A DNA stretch of 64,000 nucleotides, from the NCBI RefSeq assembly GCF_009914755.1, contig NC_060934.1. One strand, 5' to 3'. The notes below the pieces were generated by a model. The model did no database searches. It saw only the letters and a list, made by a program, of their open reading frames with translations, and was not told the DNA's origin. The position numbers and the translations under genes are program-made. Of the stretch, positions 1 through 13,694 are shown in pieces (position 1 is the stretch's first letter; each line of letters opens with the position of its first letter). Origin of the DNA: the human T2T-CHM13v2.0 reference genome, Homo sapiens.

Positions 1-522
1 TCTCCACAAAGATGGAGAGCCCCAGGGAGGGGTCCTTTTTCTCAGCGTCCTGCCATGGATGGCCAAGGGCCTTCCCTCAGTGACAGAAGCAATGCTGAGC
101 TGCCAGGGGAGACATTTGCATCCCTATTAGGCCCGGGGCTTTGAAGGTGGGGGAGGAGGGACCTGCCAGCCAGTTTGTAAATCAGAAGCTTAAACAAACT
201 TCCACAGTCTCTGGAGGCCTGGAGAGCACTCCTGTGATACCAAGAGTGGAAGGAGAGGGAAAAAACAAAACAAAACAAAACAAAAACCTCAAACGTAGAG
301 CTCCGGAACATACATGCGCTTAGTTTTGGCAGAGAAAAAGATACACTTAGTCTTGGCAGATACACAATCTTGTCACTGAAAATTGGAATATTGTTAATAG
401 CAGTTATATTAAATTAAGCATTGGGTGCATAATTTTACTGAATTCTCACAACAGTATTGTTTTACATTTATAGGACATGTTTCAGGAGACAAAATTAAGG
501 CTCACATGACTAGCCAGAATTA

Positions 523-815
<293 letters not shown>

Positions 816-826
816 AGAAAGAAAAC

Positions 827-905
<79 letters not shown>

Positions 906-1098
906 GAAGGAAGGAAGGAAGGAAGGAAGGAAGGAAGGAAGGAAGGAAGGAAGGAAGGAAGGAAGGAAAGAAAGAAAGAAAGAGAGAAGGAGGGAGGGAG
1001 GGAGGGAAAGAAGGAAGGAAGGAAGGAAGGAAGGAAGGAAGGAAGGAAGGAAGGAAGGAAGGAAGGAAGGAAGGAAGGGAAGGAAGGAAAGAAAGAAA
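827..1098 (+). repeat. Compound purine microsatellite (GAAA)19-(GGAA)16-...-(GGAA)16 derived from the Alu tail
   Basis: No pyrimidine between 827 and 1098; GAAA 829-904, GGAA 905-968 and 1013-1076. Confidence 0.97.
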
Positions 1099-1199
1099 CC
1101 TATTTGTCTGACTCTAGATCTTTATGCTGACTACCGAAATGTGTTAGTTGGTCAGATATAGAATACCCTAGAACTTTTGCATGTGTCCTAAGTGATCAT

Positions 1200-1430
1200 G
1201 TTAATAGTTACTACTCATAAAGACCTTCTATATGTCGGGCCCTGTTCTAAACACTTTGCATCAATATTCTCTTTTAATCTGCACAGGGAATAGCATGCTG
1301 AGAGACAGGGGTTATTGTGATCATTATCTACATTTTACAGCTGGGGAGACTGAGGTTTAGAGAAATTAAGTAACTCACCAGGTCCTCACTAGCAGTTGGT
1401 GGAGTTAGGATTCAGACTCAGGAACTCCAC
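1200..1430 (-). mobile_element. MIR SINE
   Basis: Reverse MIR core: cattttacagctggggagactgaggtttagagaaattaagtaact. Confidence 0.8.
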
Positions 1431-1993
1431 CGACCACAAATAGCCAATATAATCACTGATTTGCTTGAGAAAGTCTATAGTAATCCCAGGAGAAAGGGCC
1501 CATCATGCAGTGAAGGAATGCAGTTTTCAACATTGGGTTCCTCACTGATGTTAATTTGGATGAAAGCAGCTGAAAATGAACCTCATGGGACTTCTCAAAG
1601 GAGCAAACTTGTCACCAAATCAGGGTGAGGAAGACCCAGGTCTTCCCTTGGGTTCGAGAGGGGAAGCTGATTAGCTTACGGTAGGTATGAATTCAGTTCT
1701 TTCTTGGAATCAGCTTGCGGAGTCACTGCTTGCTCTCTAGTGGTCACTGCCACTGGGGATGACCTATTAACAATCGGGCATGAGGAGCTACAGCTCTTAG
1801 CATGCCAGCGGGGTAACCTATTCTTTCTGCCCTTTCTTAGATAGAAGGAGGCACTAGCATTGTTCTGAGCCCCTAGAAATTTGACTAAGTAATCCTGCAG
1901 CATAGAATTTGACCCACTTGCTCAGGCAAGGGCTTCTATCATGCCCAGAGGTGAGGCAGCAGCAACAGAGGCTCAACCTAACTCAACATGGTT

Positions 1994-2500
1994 GTGGAAG
2001 ACCCTGTTGGTTTCCTATCAGCCATCCCCTCTTCTTTCTGTTAATAGAATGCTGATATTGTTTAGCTGACCCTCCTTCTCACGATCTGATGTTTCACTGA
2101 TGCCCATAATAGCTACTCCACTTACTTTGCCAGTTAGTAGCTAAGGAAAAGAAAAATGACATAATTCTAGCCAAACAGTTGTGAAGGGATTTATGTGAGG
2201 GACTGGGGGCTCTGGAAAGGTTTCTGTATGGAACTCTTTTAAAAAGACACTTTGAGAAAGCAATGATCTTTTTCCTTCCATTGGATGTTGTCATGTGATG
2301 CCCAGAACTGCAGCAGCCATACTGCTACCTCAGTCTATCTCCCCTGAGACCAATTCAGCCACTCTGAGAAGAACAGATCAACATGATGGGAAGAACCTGA
2401 ACTCTTGAAGGTATTGATAAGTCACCACATTAACCAACCCTGGACTTTTACTCCTTAGTAAAAGGACTTAGACTTTTGATTATGTAAGATATTGTTCTCA
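1994..2500 (+). mobile_element. Old MaLR solo LTR (MLT1J/K/L-like)
   Basis: MLT1-type motifs: ccagaactgcagcagccatactg, gatgggaagaacctgaactcttga, accaaccctggact. Confidence 0.6.
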
Positions 2501-3414
2501 TGTATCAACAGAGTCTGGTGCAGGAAATGCTGGTTAAATGTGATAAATAAGATAATTCACACAAAGCACTTTCAGCAGTGTCTACTATAGAGGAAACTTT
2601 AGTTATTATTCCATTCATCATACATGTGTAAAGCTCCCAGCTCTTTGTCTTCCCCTGCCCCTAGATTAGTGTTGAGACAATAATGAAGGCAACAGGCCTG
2701 TGTAACCCGTTTCAGTCTACAAGAAGTCTTGGAAATGTTCAACCTCAAAACATGTTAGTTGAACCATGGCAACAGTCCGGGTGGAATCTACACAAAGCAA
2801 AGTTCAGAGATTTGAGGTAAAACTACCACCTTATCTCGCCAGACTACAAAATCATAGAAACCCACAATTAAGGACATGATGTAGAGATCTGCTATGAATT
2901 TCCTGGTTTTGTTTATTCATTGAGTCAAAACTAAAAGTAATGTCTCTTCTCTTCCTTGTAAACCATACAATTTAGGAAGAAAAATCAATAATATTCCCAG
3001 CCAAGATGTGCATGTTATATCATAAATACAGTATTATAGACTCTTTGAATAGGGTGTGATTTATAGTTGGATTCTGGCAGCTGCTTTGAAGCCATACAAT
3101 TTTTCACTTAAGGCTAATTAGAGGATTCTTAATTAGCAAATCTTTCATCCATTAGATTAGACAATAAAGATTTTTCAAAACTACTGTAATATTTAGTTCT
3201 CTTTTTCTCATCTTAACAAAACAGACTAGATATCTATCATTTATAAAAAATCTCTGTTCAAGCTTTATGAAGCTCATAGCCAGGAAATAGCCAAAAGAAT
3301 CGAGAAATGTGAACTCTCATCCCACCCCGACCCTGCCTTCTTGGGACCTGGAGTAAGCCACGTTCTTTCAGGTCTCAGCTTTCTCATCTATGAAATGGAG
3401 AAGATTAATTAGAT

Positions 3415-3612
3415 CAGGGTTTCTCAACCTTAGCCTCATACTTTGGAGAAAACAATTCTTTAGATGCCTAGCAGCATCCTCAGCCTCTATCCACTAGATA
3501 CTAGTAGCACCCCTCCCCCGCCACACACACACACCAGTTGTGACCATCAAATATGTCTCTAAACATTGCTAAATGTCCCTGGGGGGGAAATCACCCCAGC
3601 TGAGAAACAATG
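3415..3612 (+). mobile_element. MER20 (hAT-Charlie) DNA transposon
   Basis: cagggtttctcaacc...gagaaacaatg TIR-like ends; internal gcagcatcctcagcctctatccactagat; perfect 8-bp TSD aattagat at 3407-3414 and 3613-3620. Confidence 0.85.
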
Positions 3613-3620
3613 AATTAGAT

Positions 3621-4181
3621 CAGGAGTCATAAATGCCAACAAAGGTAAAGCTGTTTTACAAATGAGAGAAGTGGATCAGATAAATAAAGACAAATTCAAG
3701 AGCAAGTATCCTATCAAAAGGGGAAGACACTCTCCATCTCCAGTGAGTTCTTATTATGTCTCACAATTGTTCAATAGAAGGCATGAATCCCACAATTATG
3801 TGAAATCTCTTGGCTTTTTTTTTCTTTAATGTTGGCAAATCATTCCTTGTAGCAGTTAAGAAGGTGGGTTTTAGAGCTAGAATGTCTTATGTTCAAATCC
3901 CAGGTCTACCTCTTACTAACTTCAGTATCAGGCAAGTTCTTTCGAATCTCTATGCTGTGGTTTTCTTATAAAATAAAGAAAATAATAATATTACTTCATA
4001 AGATTATTGCCAAGTTTAAATGACACAGCACATGTAAAAGACCCAGAAAAATGCACATAGTAAGCTCTCAATAGATATTATCTATTATTATCCCTAAGAT
4101 AAAGAAACACTGTAAACCAAACTAAACATAGGTCAGACTATAGGTCAAACTCAGTCTAGAGGCTACAGGTTTTCAACTCTG
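3621..4181 (-). mobile_element. MER102/MER103-like hAT element interrupted by a MIR
   Basis: tatgtgaaatctct...taatgttggcaa and terminal ...ttttcaactctg resemble the reverse consensus. Confidence 0.5.
3847..4092 (+). mobile_element. MIR SINE
   Basis: gttcaaatcccaggtctacctcttactaac...ggcaagtt...catgtaaaag...cacatagtaagctctcaata. Confidence 0.75.
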
Positions 4182-4994
4182 GCCTACAAGATTTCAAGGG
4201 TCTGTTTAGGTTTCCTAAGGTTATGTGATTCCATTTTATGAAAGCAAGGACACTGATTATTAAACTCTGATAAATTCCATACAGTTTAATTGAGGAGATA
4301 GAACTCTGACACTAGCAAAGCTCAGGTGGGCAGAACAGAATTCTAATTAAATGTCAAAATATGTGTTCTTAGAGGTCAGCAAGAGAAGATAAGGAGCCAT
4401 TTCTGCTTTCCATTTAAGAAAAAAAGAAATAGTTCTCTTTTTTGAAGAAAGTACATGAAAAAAGAAGAGCATCAAATTTGGAATCTGCCATCTTCAACAG
4501 TATCCTCTTAACAGATGCCATGACAATACAGTGAGCTATTCTTGACTTTCTAGCTAAAATAAATCGTCAATTATAAGTTGGTATCATTAGCCCAATTGCT
4601 TTTCAGTGAGATGTCTGATACAGGCAATAATGGATTGGTTTCTCCAACCTAATCCTCCCACTGGAAACTAACATATCCACTGCTGATCAATACTTTGATT
4701 TGAGTTACTTATAACTCTGTCAGACATGAGTATCTGCTTCACTCCAGGGTAAAGAAATGAGATCATTTTGCAAAATTTAGGTCAGACATTAAATTGTCTC
4801 GGGTGAGTTGTTTTTGTGGTCTAGAGTCACATGACTAAATCAACACTGTAGAGGATTATCAGAAACTAAAAGGGGCAACCTGAATAAGTACCCATTGCCT
4901 TTATTAAAGCCACGTCATGGAGTATAATGAGGTACTAGTAGTCTGTGTGTTTGAATCATATTTCAGGGAAATGCTTTGCAAACATGACTTTTGT

Positions 4995-5430
4995 GCTTTA
5001 AATTAAAGTTCACACTGTTTGACCCATAACTCCTCTTCCAGGAATCTGTCCTAAGGAACTATTCAGAAGCTAAAACTAAAATGTATGCATAGATAGCCTA
5101 TGCAATATTATTTATGATAGAAAAAGTAAGTACCAACCTAATGACCAATATTAGAAGAATATAAAATAAATTAAGAAATAACCCTATGATGGACTATTAT
5201 GCAGCCAATTATAGATGGTATTTCAAAGAGTATTTCACTACCTGGAAACATATTTAATATATAATACTACGCAAAAAAGGTGATAAAAATTGCATATGTA
5301 ATATGATACTAATTGTGTGTATATATGTATATGTAAAGATATTCTCCATCAAAATGTGAACTCTGGTTATTTTTGGGTGGGATCATAAGTAATCTTCATT
5401 TCTATCTATAAACCTCTCTGCATCCCTAAG
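4995..5430 (+). mobile_element. Ancient L1 3' end (L1ME-like)
   Basis: tttgacccataactcctcttccaggaatctgtcctaagga; atgatggactattatgcagcca. Confidence 0.6.
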
Positions 5431-5437
5431 TTGACAC

Positions 5438-5582
5438 CAGGGTTGCCATATGCAATAGTGCATATTGTACACTGCAGAAGGGCATCAAGCCCATGGGGCA
5501 CTCCAAGCCATGTACCCTGTTACTACTTCTGTTCAGAGAGGATGCTTTTTTCAATTTGTACATATGAGATACTGAAGCCCTG
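5438..5582 (+). mobile_element. MER91A-like (hAT-Tip100)
   Basis: TIR-like ends cagggttgcc...gaagccctg; internal gtgcatattgtacactgca, ccaagccatgtaccctg. Confidence 0.65.
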
Positions 5583-5633
5583 TTATATTTTTATAATTTA
5601 AAAACCCATAACATTAAAAAACCCCATCTTATC

Positions 5634-5983
5634 CAGGGGTAGGTAAGAGTTTATATGGGGCCTGAGGTTTAAACAACTGAGAGGACCCTCTTTGTGAAAA
5701 GAACAGAGTCTTTTAATTATAAAATAAGTCATAGAAGTAAATTTCAATTTAAAACGTGAAAAAAAAATCACAGAAACTTCCTGGAGACTTAGAGATTAAA
5801 TTCTTTCTCTCTAGGTAAGTTACCAGAAATGCTTAAAGAAAAGTCCTTCCTGATTGCAACCTGGCTCCCCTCCCAATCAGAACACTCTACAACTCCCAGA
5901 AACTCCCAGCTATCCTGGGGGCCCATATAAGGAAATGACCCTGGAGGTTAAGCTTCATTAGTGCCACAGTAAATCTGGCTCTG
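5634..5983 (+). mobile_element. Zaphod/MER115-like hAT-Tip100 element
   Basis: Starts caggggtagg...tggggcctgaggtttaaacaa; ends ttaagcttcattagtgccacagtaaatctggctctg. Confidence 0.65.
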
Positions 5984-6999
5984 ATCTTTGGGGAAAGAAA
6001 AAATTATATCAACCCAGAGCCAAGTGCTATTTCACAGATAAATTTATGATTCCAAACCAAGTAGTCCAGAAAGTATCATAGCTGTCCAACACTACTAAAA
6101 GAACCATTTTATTTCAATTTAGCAAGGGCTTTCCATAAACACTCATTAATATAATTACTAAAATTCAGGACATTTCCTGCTGTATCCAAGGATACAGCTG
6201 TCTTCTGATATATATTAATTAGATGCTTAAAAGTTTTGTCATTTTAAAACAGAGTCAATCTCCGGCACCCTCCACCATACGTAGAGTTCTCCCCGTGCCA
6301 GGACAGCAAAGAAAACCTTCAACAGGTATTCATACCATCTTACTAGGCCAGAGAAATGGCCTAGGGTTTACAGCAGATCTGTCTCTAGTGAGCCATTGAG
6401 GATACTAAACTAGGCTCCTATGACAGAGAGGTAGGGGCAGAAGAGTGGTTCTTCAATTACAATGAAACAAAACAAAACAAAAAGCTAAACAACAATCAAA
6501 ACAGACTTTCATATATATATACCACCAGTGAAAACTCAACCCCTAAGATATTCTCTAGATCAGTTTTTTTCAACATTTTTAGAGAGAGAATTTTTTCAAA
6601 GAAAAGCATACACTGAACTCCAATATATAAATGAATACTTGTTTTCAATCATGTTATCTCCAATGCAAAAAACGCTCAAAACTAAATCTATCTTGAATAA
6701 ATCATCACAACAAGGTGTGCTATATGTTCATATTTCAACTGACTATATTAAACTATTTTAAAATTGACAATGGCATATGTATGCTCCCCAATTTTACATG
6801 TTGGACATACAAAGCCTAAATTGCCAAAAAAAAAAAAAAATCACTGCAGAGTGATAATATTCTTATTTAGTGGCATCTATATAAAACATTCAAATTTGTG
6901 CACAAAATGGAAAAATACACCACAAATATGATTGAAAGACAAATGATATAATCTGGAGAGAAATATTCACAACACATATAACAAACAGCACATATAAAA

Positions 7000-7760
7000 T
7001 TGAGATGCCAGAACTAGATAAGAGAATGAGGCAGAAGGACTATTTGGAGAGAGAATGGCTAAAACTTTTCCAAAACTGTTGAAAGATATCAACCCACAGA
7101 CACAAGATTAGCAAACTCCAATCTAAAGACAAAGAAATCCACACTTAGGCATATGATAGTCAAGCTGCTAAAAGCAAATAAATAAAACAAAAGGAAAACA
7201 GAAACTCCTGAAAGAAGATAGGGGCTGGGAGGAGTGGGAGGGAGGACATATTTCATATAGGGAAAAAATGATAAGAGTGACAACTGACTTTTCACTGGAA
7301 ATGGTGACCAGAAGACAATGGTATGACATCTTTGAGTTCTGAAAGGAAAAATCCTATCAACTCAGAATTTTATAGCTGGTTAATATATCCTACAATCTGA
7401 CAGTGAATTAAAGACATTTTTAGACAGACAAAAGCTGAAAGATTTTTCTCTAGCAGAGTTGCAGTACATGAAGTACTAAGAGAAGTTTTGCAGGCTGAAG
7501 AGTAATTATATCAGATGAAAGCCTGGTTCTGCAGGAAGGAATGAAAAACTCCAAAGAGGGAAAATATGTCAGTAAATCAGACAATTTAAATCTTTTTTAT
7601 ATGTGTACATATAGGTATAATTTCCTTTAGAATACTTTAACCATTTAAAGGAAAAAATAATGATGACATATTTTACTTCTACCTAGCATAAGTAGAAGTA
7701 AAATAAATGGTAACAAGAACACATAGAATTAAAGGGTGTTAATTGGTAGTTTACTGTTCT
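7000..7760 (+). mobile_element. Ancient L1M ORF1-region remnant
   Basis: gaatggctaaaacttttccaaaa, cacacttaggcatatgatagtcaagctgctaaaa, ccagaagacaatggtatgacatcttt, tcaactcagaattttata. Confidence 0.65.
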
Positions 7761-7764
7761 AAGA

Positions 7765-8580
7765 AGACAATAGAGAGAATGAAAGCAAAGCAATATTTGA
7801 GGAAATTATTGCCAAGAACCTTCCAGAACCAAAGAAAGACAAGAACTCTCAGATTGAGTGAGTGCCACCACCACAACCCCTAAGTGTCCAAGTATCCAAA
7901 AGGATATTCTTTTAAACTCAACCTACAGACAGAGTGAAGTTTCAGAACCTCAAGAACACAGAGAAAATACTAAAAGTTACCTATGAAAAGACATATTACT
8001 GATAGAAGAACAAATTCAGACTAACATCTGATTTCTCAGTAGCAGTGCTAGATACAATGGAGCAGTGTGCCTATATTTCCCCACCAAATGGCTTTTTAAG
8101 AAAGAAAATAAATGAAAATATCCTCATATATTCAAGCCTCAGAAAGTTTAGCACCCACAGATGATTTTCTAAAGAAATACTACAAAATATATTTCATCCA
8201 AAGGACAATGAACACAAAAGAAAGGAGTGGGATGTAAGAAACACTTATAAACAAATAATACAGTAAATTAATTTTAAATAAGTATTTATTTTAAAGAACT
8301 AGCAATTTATTTATTTAAAAGGTCATAGTAATTTAGAAGTAGCATTCTGGATTATATGAACATTGAAAGTGTAGGAAAAGCAAAGAGAAGTAAAGGTTCT
8401 TGTCTTGGTCTAGAGAAGGGTATAGATTAATTAACACTTGTTTCTATTATAAAAAATATATGTCCCCATATGTATCATAAAAATTAAAATGTGGGGTGAA
8501 AAACTTAACCAATAGAAGAATGGAAATGGAGTATATAGCTTTAAACCAATAGAGGGAAAAATGAAACAAAGAGTACTTAC
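7765..8580 (+). mobile_element. HAL1/L1 ORF1-like remnant
   Basis: Second degenerate ORF1-like block: ttccagaaccaaagaaagacaagaactctcagattga, ctgatttctcagtagcagtgctagat, agcctcagaaagttta. Confidence 0.5.
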
Positions 8581-9094
8581 TAATTTTATATGTTTGTAAA
8601 TGCATATAAAATTACACAGAAGGAAAATACCACACTTGTCTGTATGTATGCCTGATGTGTATCTATGTGTGTGTCTGTGTGAAGCATTCTGTGTGTATCT
8701 GTGTGTGTGTGTTGTTTATGCCTGGGTAAAAATACTGTTGTCAACTATTTTTCTTCACGAAAATGGGATCAAACCATACTGTTTCAGTAAGCTGTCTGTT
8801 TCACACATCATGCCATAAATGCTACTATCAACCTAACCTGCCAAACAACCCTCAAGATGCAAGAAGTCAGGAAGCTTGATCATCCTAGGACCCACAGCTT
8901 ACTATGGACAGTTCTGGGAAAACAGTGGAATGGAAAATTTGCCTCATTTGCCCCCAGGAACACATTGTAAGTGGGCTTCTAACACTGGGCACTAACCCAG
9001 AGCTCAGATACTATTAGTTCTAGCCCTTTCCTGGGGAGCAGACGATCTGGTGCAAGGAACAGAAGAAGGCTCAAGTTCTTAAATTCTTGCTCAC

Positions 9095-9340
9095 GGAGCA
9101 GTACAGTCCAGTTGTTCTGATCATTTGCTCCAGAGATAGACTGCCTGGGTTCTAGTGCCAACTCCACCACTTCCTAGCTGTGTGGCTTTGGGCACGTTAC
9201 TTAATCTTTTTGTGCCCCTATTTTCTTAACTGTAAAATGAGGATAATAATGGAGCCCCCTAATAAGGGTGTATTGAGGATTAAATGAGCTAATATATGTA
9301 AATCACTCAAATAATGCCTGGCACATAAAAAATAATTGAT
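9095..9340 (+). mobile_element. MIR SINE
   Basis: gactgcctgggttc...ccacttcctagctgtgtggctttgggcacgttacttaa...ctgtaaaatgaggataataat. Confidence 0.85.
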
Positions 9341-9554
9341 GTGATATCTAGGATTTAGGGGAAGTAGACAGAGGTATGAATAGAGCAAGACCACCCATGG
9401 GTTGATGTTCACTGCGGCTGGATGATGGGTACACGGGGCTTTATTTTAGGGTATGTTCAAAAGACCTTCTATAAATATTAACTGTTGATAGGAGCTACTA
9501 AAGCAGAAGCACAGCTTCACTGTGGTCACAATACTGTTATAAGAAAGATAAGGT

Positions 9555-12498
<2,944 letters not shown>

Positions 12499-12989
12499 AA
12501 GAAAGATAAGGTATTGGTATACAAAGTAGCTGTTAGACAATGATACAAATGTTATCTCTTCTTGCCAAATTGTGTGATCTTTGTCAAGGTATTAGCCCCT
12601 CCTGTTCCTCCGCCACCACCTAAATTTGTCTCAGGGATCCTCATGGATGTCTCCAATATTTTCATGAAAACATTAGCTTAAGTTTTTATAGCCTAGCCAA
12701 AAAGGAAGCAGGGAAGGGGAATGGGAGGGAGAAGAGCTAAACCACTGAAGTGAAGCTGCTATTAGTTGGCCTTACAAAACACACCTATATGTTGATTCTC
12801 TTCAGAGACTAGATTTGGGTGGAAAGAAAGGGAACATAATTTGAGTGGACAAAAAGGAAATGGGGCTGCAGGAAGGGAAGGGAGGGACCCAGGATGGGGC
12901 AGTAGACTTCTCTATCCAAATGGGCTTTGTGTCAGCCCTGAAGGGAGCACAAGACTGCAGGAAAGAGGAAAAGCACCTTCTTAGTCTTG

Positions 12990-13150
12990 TGTGCTACTCA
13001 CGTAGTTCAGGACCAGCAGCACCAGTATCACCTGGGAACTTGTTAAAAACAGAGACGCTTTGTTCCACCCCAGATCTCTTGAGTCAGACTCTGTATTTTA
13101 ACCAGGTGCCCAGGTGACTCTCATGCACAATGAAGTGTGAGATCTACCAC
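12990..13150. mobile_element. MER5A (hAT-Charlie)
   Basis: ggaccagcagcaccagtatcacctgggaacttgttaaaaa...tgagtcagactctgtattttaac. Confidence 0.8.
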
Positions 13151-13292
13151 CTAACCCAGGACCTAGAATGGCTGGCTCTTAGTACATGTCTAGATAGATA
13201 GGTTTCTGGACGAATGGAGAAAAGCAGTGCAAACTTTGCTTTCAATCAGCCATCCTGCATTCATTCTGCATCCACAGGGTGTGTAGAATTGT

Positions 13293-13415
13293 CTAAGGCT
13301 GTGGTTCTTTGGTTCGCCCTCAGCTGTAAATTAGAATCACCTGGGGTGCTATTAACACCAGCTGAGCAATTCCCAGCTCCAGAGTTTCTGATTCAATTGG
13401 TCTGGGGTGGGCGCT
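13293..13415. mobile_element. MER5-family fragment
   Basis: attagaatcacctgggg...cagagtttctgattcaattggtctggggtggg. Confidence 0.7.
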
Positions 13416-13619
13416 AGTCTAAAGTGGTGTCAGCTGATTTCATTTTTGCAAGACAATCTGTACCAACTAAAAGGGCTGCCAGTGAGGATCCAGAGATGTG
13501 CCATTGAGTCTACCCTCGCTGAAGACACAGCCAGTGAATATTTCAGGAGTTAATGCCATACAGGAAATAAATATTTAGCCCCAATTTGTGTTGCCTTTCT
13601 TTCCTGTCAATGCTCCAGA

Positions 13620-13645
13620 ATATATATATATATATACACACACAC

Positions 13646-13677
<32 letters not shown>

Positions 13678-13694
13678 GTGTATATATATATATA
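13620..13694. repeat. (TA)n/(CA)n microsatellite
   Basis: Direct reading. Confidence 0.95.
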
